Shown here piece by piece: positions 13,200 through 25,613 of a stretch of DNA of 39,122 nt. This DNA comes from Octopus sinensis (lineage: Eukaryota). The position numbers and the translations under genes were made by a program. Location: positions 1 to 39,122 of the forward strand of contig NW_021835723.1 of NCBI RefSeq assembly GCF_006345805.1, read 5' to 3'. Below the pieces are notes generated by a model, which was not told where the DNA came from, searched no databases, and worked only from the letters and a program-made list of their open reading frames with translations. Every line of letters starts with the position of its first letter. The first letter of the stretch is position 1.

Positions 13200-13506
13200 T
13201 GAAAGCGCGTGGCTGAGAGGTTAGTGTATTCAGCTCACGGTTTTAGGGCTGTGAGATCGAATACCGGCGGTACATTAAATCCTTGAGCAAGACACTCTTT
13301 CTCCCGTTGTTGCATACTACTCTGCAGACAAAAAGGAGTAGCGTCACGCTAGATACTGCGGAATGTTTCTGTGCCACACTGATTATTTCGGAGAACCCTG
13401 TTAAGGGTGCACATACCTGAGAGGAGCTCAGCCACTTACAAGTTCATCAGGCTGTTCCGCTGTTGTTCCGGATCAGGTTGAGCCCTCGTCGACGTAACCG
13501 ACGGAG
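13200..13506 (+). mobile_element. Older, diverged family A-related SINE
   Basis: gcgcgtggctgagaggttag...ccttgagcaagacact...gctcagccacttac...ccctcgtcgacgtaaccgacgga. Confidence 0.7.
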
Positions 13507-13509
13507 AGA

Positions 13510-13690
13510 TGGTTCTACCAGTCCAGTTGGCCGATACATCTGGCAGCAAGACGTCTCCAGTCATCCCAGTTTTCTGCAGTGTCACCGGCATCTTCACAGA
13601 CGATGCTTTAATTGCTTCAGGTCTTCTTTGAAAATGACACTCCATGTTCTCTTCTTCGCCTTTCTGGTGCTACCTATTTTATAGCTGTAT
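13510..13690 (-). mobile_element. RTE-clade LINE ORF C-terminal remnant
   Basis: Minus strand reads RKAKKRTWSVIFKEDLKQL, frameshift, then EDAGDTAENWDDWRRLAARC. This matches the RTE terminal pattern GRPK.TW....KEDL......A.DR..WR.L...C. Confidence 0.65.
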
Positions 13691-13709
13691 GAAGTATTGA
13701 CTTCAACTT

Positions 13710-13902
13710 TCGGCACAAATGAAGTAATCAGTGGGGTAGGTGGTAAGTCGATTATATCGATCCTAGTGATCAACTGGTACTTATTTTATCGACCACAAAA
13801 GAATGATAGCAAATTCGACCTCAGTGAAATCTGTACTGGGAAAGACCGACAAAATGCTGCTAAGCATATTTTCCGGCGCGGTAACGACTCTGCCAGCACG
13901 CC
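13710..13902 (-). mobile_element. Diverged SINE family C monomer
   Basis: ctggtacttattttatcgacc...cgacctc...gctaagcattt...tctgccagc. Confidence 0.75.
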
Positions 13903-14430
13903 GTGTTACATATAATGAAATTTTAGATTCCTAAAAAAGCTGTTTTCTATTCCGAATTGCTTCCTTTTATCTTAATATTTTTCTTCTATTCAGTCCACTA
14001 CTTTACTCCTACTCTAAAATATGAGACCAATTAACTGATTTTAATTAATTGATCTTTGACACAATCTGCAATATATTTGGCAACGGCTTGGTTTTTTTTT
14101 TATTTAGAAAACAAAATCCTTTTCGTTATCGTTTGTGGAATTCATTGCTGTCAAGGCAACTTGCTTTAATTTTGTAATCCATTTAGCCAATCATCTGCTA
14201 CGCCCATTATTCCTCGGAAGCTTGTGATGTTCGAATCTTAAGGCCCCTCCTTCAGAGGATCCTATCAGAAGCAGCCGTTATTAGAGTTGGCAGCTGGATT
14301 CAAAAGCGTGGCCAACTGAGGCTGTGGATATTATCCAACCATCCCATTCTTTGCCTACTGCATAAGTCTCCTACAAATTGGCTTAGCGTGAAGCATCTGT
14401 CTGCGATTCTATCCTACGATATTCTGATCA

Positions 14431-14662
14431 TGGCGGCGAGCTGGTAGAATCGTTAGCACGCCGGGCGAAATGCGTAGTCGTATTTCATCTGCCGTTACGT
14501 TCTGAGTTCAAATTCCGCCGAGGTTGACTTTGCCTTTCATCCTTTCGGGATCGATTAAATAAGTACCAGTTACGCACTGGGGTCGATATAATCGACTTAA
14601 TCCGTGTGTTTGTTCTTGTTCGTCCCCTCTGTGTTTAGCCCCTTGTGGGTGGTAAAGAAATA
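14431..14662 (+). mobile_element. SINE family C monomer, full length, with perfect 13 bp TSD
   Basis: TSD GATATTCTGATCA at 14418-14430 and 14663-14675. Head GGCGGCGAGCTGGTAGAATCG and B-box-like GAGTTCAAATTCC. Confidence 0.93.
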
Positions 14663-15717
14663 GATATTCTGATCACATGTTTATTGTACCGGAGCTGTGA
14701 CCTCAACGCGCAGAGTAGTAGCAGTTTGACCCCAAGAAGACCTTGATTTCCACGGTACACAAATTGTTGAATAACGTTACTCTAGAAATCCTTAGGGGCA
14801 TTTTTGTAACTGTTCTTTTAAATTTAGAGAAAAGGCTTTTGTTTCCTTCAAAAATAAACTTTCTTGCTTGCTACCATGACTTTTATTATCCGACGCCTGA
14901 TACATTATACTAATTTTCAATGTATAACCAACCGGCACCTCTCGGTGACTTATGCTATAGTCCAGAGTAAGCTATAAGTTTTGTTTGGTTAGTATTTTAC
15001 TCTTTACTTTGTAACAGATGTTGCTGTTTCAACTCATATATATATATACAATTCTATTTTCGATTGTAAGCGGGGAATATCTTGTATGGTAATTCGAGAT
15101 CAGAAGACAGAAAACTCCGGAGCTAAAATCCACTTCACCATTCCTTCTCATAAGTAGATATCATTAAGCTTCTGTTGCTACTGCTTCTCTTATTGCTGTT
15201 TATCTCGAGATGAGACCTGATCGACTAGACGTGTGATCAAAAGATTTTAGCTGTCAGCTTCTCCTCGTTGTTGAAGAGATGCTGAAGTCTATATTATCTA
15301 ACTTATTTAAGAAGGTACGATAAGAATTCAATTAGTTCTGTCGGTTATTTTTGACTGTCGAAGTAATACCGCCAGAATTCCTTTGTTGTCTCTGATATTA
15401 TTATGTAAAGGACAGAAGAGAAGAGTCGGTGGATTGCGTAGTCCTTGGGGGGAAGTAATGCACAGTTAAATATGTACAGAGCCGTAAACTATGTGGTATT
15501 AGTATCAAAGTTTGCTTGTATATATCAGGAAGTGAGAGTGTGTGAATCGATCGAGTAAGTCTTTCGGATACAATGCAGTGATCTATATATATGAATGTGT
15601 AACTGTATCGTAGTAATAAATACAGGAGCAATTCTCCATTACGTGAAGTAGAGATTGTGAGCGTAGATCCAATGAAGTTGATCGTAATACACGATTGATA
15701 ACATATTTAATGTATAA

Positions 15718-15919
15718 AGGTAGCGATTTGGAAAGATCGCTGGAACGCTCGGCAAAATGCTTAGCTCTGTCTTTGCACGTCTTTAAGTGCAAAAGTTCAA
15801 ATTCCGCCGAGGCTAACTACGTGTTTCATCGTTTCTGGATCGATAAAATAATTACCAGTTGAGCACTGGGGTCAATGTAGTCAGCTTAACCCTCCCCGAA
15901 ATTGCTGGCCGTGTGTCAC

Positions 15920-15920
<1 letters not shown>
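15718..15920 (+). mobile_element. Diverged SINE family C monomer
   Basis: gcaaaatgcttagc...agttcaaattccgccgagg...taccagttgagcactggggtc. Confidence 0.7.
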
Positions 15921-15952
<32 letters not shown>

Positions 15953-15954
<2 letters not shown>

Positions 15955-16205
15955 GTGGATTTGGTAGACGGAAACTGAAAGAAGTCCGTTTTCCATATAA
16001 ACGAGTGTGTCTTTGTGTTTGTCCCTACATTACCGTTTAACAACCAGCGTTGTTGCACTTATGACCCCATAACTTAATGGCTCGGTAAAAGAGTCTGATA
16101 GAATAGATACTAGGTTTAAAAGACTTGCTGGGGACGATTTGTTTGATTGAAACTCTTCCAGTATGGCCACACTGAAATGAGTGAGTCAAGTGAAAGAATG
16201 AAATG
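15953..16205 (+). mobile_element. 5'-truncated family B SINE
   Basis: gtggatttggtagacggaaactgaaagaag...gatagaata...ccagtatggccac. Confidence 0.75.
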
Positions 16206-16259
16206 TGTGCGCGTGTGTGTGTGTGCGTGTGGATGTATGTATATATATGTATGTATATA

Positions 16260-16425
16260 TGATGGCCGTCTTTCAGTTTCCGTCTACAAAATCCACTAAC
16301 ACAGCTTTGTTTGGCCCGAGGCAACAGTAGAAGCGACACGTTCGTGGTCATGGTTACCCACAATACAGGGACCGAACCCGAAAACCTGCTGGTTGGGTAG
16401 CAAAGTACTTAACCACAAAGCCATG
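16260..16425 (-). mobile_element. Family B SINE 5' part, inverted relative to 15953-16205
   Basis: tctttcagtttccgtctacaaaatccac is the reverse complement of 15955-15982 with one mismatch. Confidence 0.7.
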
Positions 16426-16815
16426 ACAGTAATTTTATTACACAGTGAAACACTGAACACATTGAAAAGGTGCCACCCGCCCTTCCCAAGATATTCAGAT
16501 TTGTAAATAATAAATCAAAGAGAACGGAAAATACGACATAGTGGCCATCATGGCATTCTCTAAGAATTACTAGATAAAGGGAAATGACTTTCTTCACAAT
16601 GGAATAGTTTTAATATGGGTAACAACAATGTCTAGTGGCCGAATCAATAGCGTGTGCATAGAGAGAACGGTCCGGTTCGATGATTTATATCTAATATAAT
16701 AAACCGAATATCGGAATATTAGTTGATTCCAACTAAGTAGAATAATTTTGCAGTTTATTCAAATTGAGAGTACAAATTCACACTAAATGGGAAGCAACTT
16801 GAATGTAAGTGCTTG

Positions 16816-16909
<94 letters not shown>

Positions 16910-16931
16910 CATCATCATCTATCTATCTATC

Positions 16932-16962
<31 letters not shown>

Positions 16963-17002
16963 ATTCTATCTATCCATCCATCTATCTATCTATCTATCTA
17001 TA

Positions 17003-17037
<35 letters not shown>

Positions 17038-17044
17038 TTATCAT

Positions 17045-17089
<45 letters not shown>

Positions 17090-17350
17090 ATATATATATA
17101 TATATATATATCTTTCTTTCTTTCTTTCTTCCTGTCTGTCTGTCTATCAATCTATCTGTCTACCTACCTATCTATCTGACAATCTATCCATCTATCTATC
17201 TGTCTGTGTGTCTGTCTATCTTATCTACCTAGTTACCCACATATCTATCTGGCTATCAATCTATCCATTGATGTATGAATGTATGTATATATGCATCTAT
17301 TATGTATCTATCTATCTAACTGTCTATTTCTTTCTCTATCTCTATCTCTC
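16816..17350. repeat. (CTAT)n tetranucleotide microsatellite, degenerating rightwards
   Basis: Directly visible. Confidence 0.95.
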
Positions 17351-17589
17351 TCCAAACAAACACACACACACACACACCTATGTACATCTACAGGTATAAA
17401 GCAAGAAGAATAAGCTTTCTCCTTGTATTACATCAATTTACAATTGTTTCACCTAAATTCGATCTCATATTATTCCATAATACAGCATGATTAATGAGAT
17501 CGGTAGTAAATGATTCCATAATTGCTGCATATAACAGTAACAGGCTAAGGATAGTCGTTCAATCTATACTCTCTTCCCTTGATCCATTA

Positions 17590-18717
17590 CTTTAGAAACT
17601 GGAAGCTTTGAGGGGCATCCAGCGTAATCTACTGTGTAGAAGGACAGTAATGGCGTATATGGACGATATCTGCACCTTGTAGGTGATGCCATTAGGGAAT
17701 ACGAAGAGGTATCAGGGGCAAAAATTTACTGTGAGGAGTCGGTCGATCTGCAGTCAGCACCTGGAGAGGCAGGTCGATGCCATCCAACAACGTCGCAGGG
17801 AATTCGACAGATGGCCCAGTGAAATTGCTCGGAATCTGGTTCGGTTCTGACCTCCAGATAGAGGGAAAATGGGGTGAGGTTTCGAGCAGAGTGGTCAATC
17901 TCACCCAAAAATGGGCCGAGAGGAAGCTGTCTCTGAAAGGGAGGGTGGAGGTAGAGAACGTGTTTATCACATCCGTCATCTCCTACAACCTCACAGTCTT
18001 GACTTGTCCAGTTTCGTGTCTGGTCAAGCTGGAGCGCCTACTTTTCCCATTTTTGTAGTTACACAGAGGTCCACCGGTCAGTCACCCTATTTGCTGTGAA
18101 CTATCGCTAAATGAAGGGCTGGGTATGTCTTAGCTGAAAATGCGCAGACATGCACTAAGGCCGAGGCGTCGCCAGCTCTACCTTGACGGTGAACAGGTAT
18201 GGTCACCCTTGGTGAAACTAATCTTTCTATGGATCAAGAGTTGACCTAGGTTGGGTGCTTAGCAAGCAGAGTGTCGTCAGGCCCTCTTGCTTCTCTGCCT
18301 GACGGTCAATACAAGCAGCGGGGATTTCACCTCGTATTTGTATAGATGGTAGTGGCCAGGAAGTGTGATGAAGCTCTGGGAAAACCCTGGGGGAAAATCA
18401 GGGCCACGATGACGGTCAACTCACCAGTCTGTTCCGGAGGACGTTCGGGCAGGGGCCCATCGATAACTACCAGAAATCCCTGGCCTGGCAGTGCTGCCGA
18501 AGAGCTCTGCCTGTTCGCGATAGACTCCTCAGACACAGATGAGCTGATACACGGTCAGGTCCGAGATACGAACAGAGCAACGGATCCGTTCTGCACGCTA
18601 CCGTACAGCGTCCGTTCATTTCAGATCTATGGCTTTAGGTAGAAAACCTGATGTCGCTTCTGGGAGGAGTACAGCTGTCAGCTGAGTCTTTCATTGAAAT
18701 TGTCCCACCTCCTTCCG
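17590..18717 (+). mobile_element. Decayed L1/Tx1-clade LINE ORF2 fragment (RT C-half to zinc-knuckle region)
   Basis: AYMDDI (YADD motif) at ~17654. ORF 17777-18058 VKLLGIWFG...KWAERKLSLKGRVEVENVFITSVISY...LERLLFPFL matches the L1/Tx1 pattern KYLG...W..R.LSL.GR....N. Further on, EGLGM (GGLG) and decayed CCHC-like GPRYEQSNGSVLHATVQRP. Multiple stops and frameshifts. Confidence 0.85.
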
Positions 18718-18817
18718 TTTGCTCAAGAACACAACGCAACGCCCGGTCTGGGAATCGAACGCACGATCTCGCAGTCGTGAGTGCAACACTCGAACCACTA
18801 ATTCATGCGCATTCACT
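18718..18817 (-). mobile_element. tRNA-like SINE head (family D/A-like)
   Basis: gctcaagaacacaacgc...cccggtctgggaatcgaa...aaccacta matches 6525-6620. Confidence 0.7.
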
Positions 18818-18885
18818 ATATATATATAATAAGTATATGTATATCAATCAATCTATCTATCTATTACTCTCTCTCTCCCTATGAA

Positions 18886-18924
<39 letters not shown>

Positions 18925-19040
18925 CTTATATATATATATATATATATATATCTTTTGTGATACAACTGGAATGACAGAGTGAGGGTGTTAAATGCAAATC
19001 TACTCTATTGCATAATAAACAGCGCTACTGCCAGTGCTGT

Positions 19041-19104
<64 letters not shown>

Positions 19105-19469
19105 GTTGCTGCTGCTGTTGCTGCTACTACTACTACTACTACTACTAACTACTACCACTACTACTATCTTCCATTTATCCATCGTAGAGTTTACCACTTC
19201 ATGTCTCACTCGCTATGATATAAATAAATTCTAGCAAACTGCTCTTGGCGAAACATTGAAACAGCTGTCACATGAGAATTCATTTGTATACACCGGTACC
19301 ACCTATCCCACCCCCACACAAGCACATATACAATTTTATATATATATATATATCTGTGTTTGTGTGTGTGTCTGTAAGAATATGTGTGTGGATGTATAAT
19401 ATGCATAATTGGTTACACACACACAAACATCATATATATATATATTTACATACCCATCTGTATATATAT

Positions 19470-19515
<46 letters not shown>

Positions 19516-19905
19516 CATATATACATGTATATATATATAATATATATACATTTATATATATACTATATATAATATATATATATATAATATACATGTATAT
19601 ATATATGCATATATATACATGTATGTATACATATATATATGTATTATATATATGCATATATACCAATATTGTTTATCTATTTATGTATATGTATTTATAT
19701 ATATATTATGTTGTATATATGCATATATATATGAAAATGTATATATAGGTAGGTATGTATATATATATGTAATATATATATTATATGTCCACATACATGA
19801 TTGTGCATCTATTTATAGTTGCATATACATACATATTCATGTATATATAGGCATACACATATGCATATGTATGTATGTATAATATATATATATATAATAT
19901 ATATA

Positions 19906-19950
<45 letters not shown>

Positions 19951-19965
19951 TATACATATACATTT
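18815..19965. repeat. Microsatellite field: (CT)n, (CTAT)n, (TA)n, (TAC)n at 19040-19165 and degenerate (TA)n
   Basis: Directly visible. Confidence 0.9.
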
Positions 19966-20604
19966 ACATGCACACACTCAGACACAGACAAAGACAAACA
20001 CACACACAGATATATACAGTTAATGTATTTCTGCTGGAATCATTGACATTTAATAGTATGTAGAGACACAAAAATCTGTCTGCGCCGTCACATTTCTGAT
20101 GGTGGCAAAATAGTCACTTATTTTAATATCACAATCATTCTTCAGAAGACACAGTTAACATATCACATAGTTATTCCAGTGTAACTGTGGCGATGGTGCA
20201 ATGCGAAATCGAAGGAAATTCGCACAATACATTCACCATAACAAAAACGAAAAATCTGCTGCAAAAATGTTAAGAAATAGAATTGCAAGAGAATTTTCAT
20301 TAACTTCGTTAACAGGAATTATGAAATTAAATGTAATTGCTGTTTTGTTTCCTAAGACGAAGATAAGATATGCATGCTTAACTTGCACTTAATTTCTATA
20401 GAATCAAACATGTCCTGTTAGCAAATCACAGTAATAATAGACGCTCGTTGGAATACGGTTTTGAGGTATTATGAAATTGGGAGAACGTGAAATAATTGTT
20501 CTATTGGAATTGAATCTCGAAGCAAATAAATGTATTTAAATATTGGGTTTAAATGGCCCTTTTTGGAACACAAGAATCATTGAGATTTATATGCTCCGAG
20601 ATCC

Positions 20605-20790
20605 AATTGACAACCGATGTCTGTGTCTTTACATCTCCGTAAATTAGCGGTTCGGTAAAAGGCACCGTTAGAAGAAGTACTAGACTTACAAAGAATAAGC
20701 CCTGGGTCGATTTGTTAGATTAAGGGCGGTGCTCCAGCATAGCTGCAGCAGACAAGATGACTGAAACAAGTAAAACAATAACAATAAAAG

Positions 20791-20793
<3 letters not shown>
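20605..20793 (+). mobile_element. Family B SINE 3' part
   Basis: ttgacaaccgatg...ttagcggttcgg...ggcggtgctccagcat...gactgaaacaagtaaaa. Confidence 0.8.
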
Positions 20794-20835
<42 letters not shown>

Positions 20836-20920
20836 ATATATATACACATAATACTTACATACATAAATACATACTATATATATTATATATATATAATATA
20901 TATGCATACATACATACATA

Positions 20921-20971
<51 letters not shown>

Positions 20972-21179
20972 ATATATGCATACATACATATATATATATA
21001 ATGGAAATAATTCATTTTTGAAATTGGATCTCGAAGTACATAAACGTTATAAACAACAGCACCGAAATATTGAATCAAAAAACGTACCCGGATCTACGAG
21101 TGTGTGCGTGCGCGCGGGCGTGGTGTATTGAGAAATAGATTGCCAGTTAGATCGATATAGAGATTCCTAGAGAGGTTCT

Positions 21180-21960
21180 CTATCGTCTGCTAATTTTCTC
21201 GCGGTTTATCTTCTCTGGATGTCTTGCTGACTTCTTTTGTTCACCACCTGTAATAAATCCTCATAATCTAGCCGTTTTACGAGAAGGCAGGTAATCTCTA
21301 CGTTTCTTTCAGCTGACTTCTCTTTTCTCTCCTGCGCTATTTTATTATAACTTATCTCTCTCATCTCCGCCATTTTCTTGCTCTTACTTATTCCATTTTC
21401 CCTTATTTTCACCATGTTTTCCATTTCTTTGTTACGCTATTTCTCCTGATTTTATTTTAACTCCTACCTGGTTTTCTATTCCCAGACTTCGCGTTATTTT
21501 GTAATTCTTTATCACTATTCTTTCTTTCCTTCTGATTTCTGTATTTTTTTTCAAATCCTTTTTTATATATTTCTTTTGTGTAAGCATACATTTCTTTTAT
21601 TTTTACCGTTTAACCAAAAAGAGGTCACACACCTATTAAGAATACCTGCTTGTTGGGAAAAGTTGGTGGATTTTTAATCCTGCAACTGTATTCGGGTACA
21701 GCTCCGCTCATCTCCCCTTTAGTCCGTGTAACACACAACCGAGTTTAAAATTGACACTAATTTAATGGCTACTTTTGTCACAAGTTATTCACCTGCAAGC
21801 TCTTGGGTAATTTCTGAGATTAGGTATTCCTTTAGCTACTTATATTTAACACGTATTAAATCCCCATTAGTTGATTCTAAACTTTCAACTCTACTTAATA
21901 TACTTTTGAACAAATATCCGTGGAATTCTCAAGCAAATTTTAGCGGGATCAGTTGAAAAG
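21180..21960 (-). mobile_element. Decayed purine-rich, coding-like segment, possibly a LINE ORF1 remnant
   Basis: Minus strand gives interrupted K/E/R-rich frames such as LFKSILSRVESLESTNGDLIRVKYK*LKEYLISEITQEL and TEIRRKERIVIKNY. The latter resembles the RR.N.VI motif of CR1/L2-type ORF1. Weak. Confidence 0.25.
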
Positions 21961-22098
21961 AACGTCCGCTGCTTTCCCCAGAATCTTTCTTTAGATTTCA
22001 GGAGTTCACCATATGGATATCAAGGAAAGTTTTGTTGGTCGATTCTCATGAATAAAAATTACACGGTTACAATTATGTTTTCTTTAATTTCATTTTAG

Positions 22099-22233
22099 GA
22101 ACAACATGAATGTAAATGTTATGGTAACGGAGTGGGGTTTATAACAAAACAAAATGTGACTTTGGATCGACTTTTCGATTTCATTGAAGGCTTGGGCTGG
22201 ACATACACATTTGTCATAGACAGAGAAGATAAG
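22099..22233 (+). CDS. Candidate 135 nt phase 0-0 internal exon of an unidentified gene: EQHECKCYGNGVGFITKQNVTLDRLFDFIEGLGWTYTFVIDREDK
   Basis: Strong acceptor ttttctttaatttcattttag|G, donor AAG|GTGTGT, 45 codons without a stop, complex amino-acid composition. No partner exons confirmed. Confidence 0.4.
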
Positions 22234-22689
22234 GTGTGTGTAAGGCAACAAATATTGTCACCTTCACTTAAAAACAGTTTACCTGTAATTAGCGAAATGA
22301 TTCATTTCAGTTATGCGATCAAGTCTGTAGTGGTAGAATTTCATGGACTGAAGACAAAATCCAACGTAAAATAGCAATCAATAATACTCACTCCATTGGA
22401 ATAGGTCCTCACCTTTTTTGCTGAGCCTGAGAAAAATTCAGCTTAGTGATACTTCAACGAATATCCCTAGTTTTCACAGGCCCAGACTGGCAGCTGAGTG
22501 TGTGTCTTGTGCAACATTTGAGGTTTCCTGACTACATTATATCAAAACACTCCTCCTGGACTTATTGATCTCAAATGTTACCAAACTGACTATCACATGG
22601 GAACTGACTCTGTTTTCAAAGCACAAACGGAGAAGTCTCATGAGTAGATGCTTGCAAAATAGCCGGAAAGTGATACAGTCGCGAAGCGA

Positions 22690-23560
22690 ACAGGATTGGC
22701 AGCTATGTAAACAACAAACTGAAACCATCAATCATGTTGTCTCCGTGTGCAGCCTATTTACGCCCTCGGAGTATCTCAACAAGCATGATGGAGCAGCACA
22801 GTATTAGCTGAGCAATTTACAAGGATTTGGACTTGCCCCATGATAGAAAAAAATCTGTCGGGAAAACGAACCACCATCATATCTCACTCGTATGGAAATT
22901 CTCTTTCAAACTGACAGAAAGATAGACGCAAATAGGTCAGACTTGCTATCGAATGATTTCAGAAAAAACTGAACTCACGCGTCTTGTGTCTCGATCTACG
23001 ACCAGCCAAAAACTGAGCAAGTTTAAACATCTTGAAATAGAAATTGGCAAAATGTGGTAACACCAATACTAGAACAAACCTATTTTTGTTTCCATTGATA
23101 ACTTAGGAATGATTTTAAAAAGGATTGATTGTTGTTTGTCTGAGATTCAAGGAAATCCATAAATGCAAAAAAAAAATTCAAGTAGATAATGCTCCCAGGA
23201 ACAGCACACACAAAACATACTCTCAGTGTAATTCCGAAAACATTTTCATCTGTAAAAGGTAAAACTACTTTTAAATGTACCTAATAGCAAAAAGCTTTTA
23301 CTGTCATCTTCAGATCACACTAGCATTTTATCACCAAACTACTTTTAAACCTAACATATATCTTACTGATTTATTAGTATATGTTTTTTTCTTTTTGGTT
23401 TTTGACAGGCATTGCCTTCAAGAATTCTTTGTAAAAAATCCAAAAACATGGCAATTATCAACCACCTAAGTCATAATACCGACTTGAACTTCTAACTTGT
23501 TTCTTGCGGGTCTCTGGATGAGACATAGAATCAACTTGTATAAACACAAGCGAAGTCCAA
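22690..23560 (+). mobile_element. 3' remnant of an R4/Dong-like (restriction-like endonuclease) non-LTR retrotransposon
   Basis: CCHC-knuckle-like LCKQQTETINHVVSVC...EYLNKHD, then QTDRKIDANRSDL (RPD motif), QKLSKFKHLEIEIGKMW, NLGMI and IMLPGTAH. A putative 3' UTR runs into a (TGA/TAA)n tract. Confidence 0.85.
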
Positions 23561-23607
23561 TGATGACGATCATGATGATGGTAGTAATAATAATGATAAT
23601 AATAATG

Positions 23608-23641
<34 letters not shown>

Positions 23642-23762
23642 TAATAATAATAATAATAATGATAACAAAAATAACAATAATAATAATGATGATGATGATG
23701 ATGATGATGATGATAATAATAATAATATAATAATAATAATAATAATAATAATAGTAATAATA
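23560..23762. repeat. (TAA/TGA)n microsatellite
   Basis: Directly visible. Confidence 0.95.
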
Positions 23763-24310
23763 AATGCCCTGATGCAGTAGTACCAGGCAGTGGCTCTCAT
23801 GGCTTCTGATCTTAACTGATGGAAGTGTTATCTGTACAGTGTTTTGTCTTGGTATAAAAAGATGGGCTACAGCAAATATTCTGCTCAATACCACAGATTG
23901 CTTGTCAGTTGTTTGACCTAACCAGTTGAGCATGTCCCTTAGTGGCTGCGATATGTGCATCTATGATCACGAGCAGAAGTAGTGGGGAGCATAATAGCCA
24001 TGTGTGAGAGGGATGCTTTGGGGTTTGAATAGTTACCTCTGGAAACATGGGTGGTTCTTTCAACATCCTTAAACAAACCTTATTCGGGGACCGTTTGAGC
24101 GGGATGGGCTACTAACTGAAGAAAATTCAAACTGGGCCCCACCTGCAAGGTCATGTGTTTATCTGATATGAGATCACATGTCGCGCACATATGGTTGTGA
24201 TGCATGTGCCTGGTGTACCTTTATCAGACGGGTAGTCATGATGGGTATATTGGGCTTCGTATATTTTACCCCAGGGTCACTTTGATGGCATGAACTGCTC
24301 TCTCACTCAG
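23763..24310. mobile_element. ~550 bp non-coding interspersed element flanked on both sides by (TAA)n
   Basis: GC-richer, complex sequence with sharp boundaries to TAA repeats at both ends and no convincing ORF. The interspersed-repeat status is inferred. Confidence 0.6.
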
Positions 24311-24412
24311 TAATAATAATAATACAAATAATAATAGTAATAATAACAGTATTAATAATAACGATAATTAGTTGAACTTCAATCGGCCATTACCTTTTCT
24401 TTTCAACATAGT

Positions 24413-24863
24413 TATCATCATCAACATCAACATCATCATCATCATCATAATCATCATCATCCCCATCGTTGTTGTCTTCGTCGTTGTCGTTATCTTCATC
24501 ATGATCATGATGATGATCATTACCATCATTACCATCACCATCATTATCCTTCTCCTCCTCTTCTTCCACCTCTTCCTCATCAACGTCACCCTCATCTTCA
24601 TCATCAGTTGCAGCAGCAGGAGCTGCTTCTACGGCAGCAGCATCCTTCATCATAACAGTATTATTTCTAGTGTGAATCATTAAACTCTTTAAAGAGCGTC
24701 GCTGAATCAGCATCCAAATAAGTGATGAGCATCTGTCAACATTTATGTCCCTTTCAGCATAATTTTTCTTGAAAATTGCACTTCATCAAAATCCAATTAT
24801 AGAAAATATTATGACAAGCCGACCAGGATTTAATAGGATGTTCATCATCCTCATCCACACCAC

Positions 24864-24905
<42 letters not shown>

Positions 24906-25104
24906 AATTATCATCGTCGTCGTCGTCACCAACGCCGTCGCCGTCTCAGTCGTCGTCGTCGTTGTCATCGTCCTCATCAACTTCATTATCGTGATCATGA
25001 TCATGATCATAATAACCGTCGTCAGCGTCATGATGATCAATATGATCATCATCTTCGTCGACATCATTGCCGATTCCATTATCTTCATCAAAACATCATC
25101 ATCG

Positions 25105-25142
<38 letters not shown>

Positions 25143-25177
25143 ATCATCATCATCATCATCATCATCATCAACATCAA

Positions 25178-25225
<48 letters not shown>

Positions 25226-25613
25226 TATCATCATCATTATGATCATCATTATCATCGCCGTCATCATCATCATCATCATCATCATCATAATCATCATCAT
25301 CATAATCATCATCAACATCATCATATCATCATCATCATCATCATCATCATCACCATCATCGTCATCATAATCATCATCATAATCATCATCAACATCATCA
25401 TCATCATCATTATCATCGCCGCCGTCATAATCACCCTCCCTCCTCCTCCTCATCATCATCATCCTCATTAACATCAACATCAACATCATCGTCTTCGTCC
25501 ACGTCGTTGCCGATTCCATCATCTTCATCAAAATCCTCCACCTCCTTCTCCTCCTCATCATCATCATCGTCATCGTCGTCGTCGTCGTCGTCATTTTCCG
25601 TTTCTGTCATCAT
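24413..25613. repeat. (ATC/GTC/CTC)n low-complexity region, Asp/Glu-rich when read on the minus strand
   Basis: Directly visible. Contains a 43 bp complex duplication at 25051-25093 and 25491-25533. Confidence 0.9.

Noticed and set aside
22108-22131. ECKCYGNG resembles the Wnt motif ECKCHG(V)SGSC
   Set aside because: The following SGSC...CW residues are absent.
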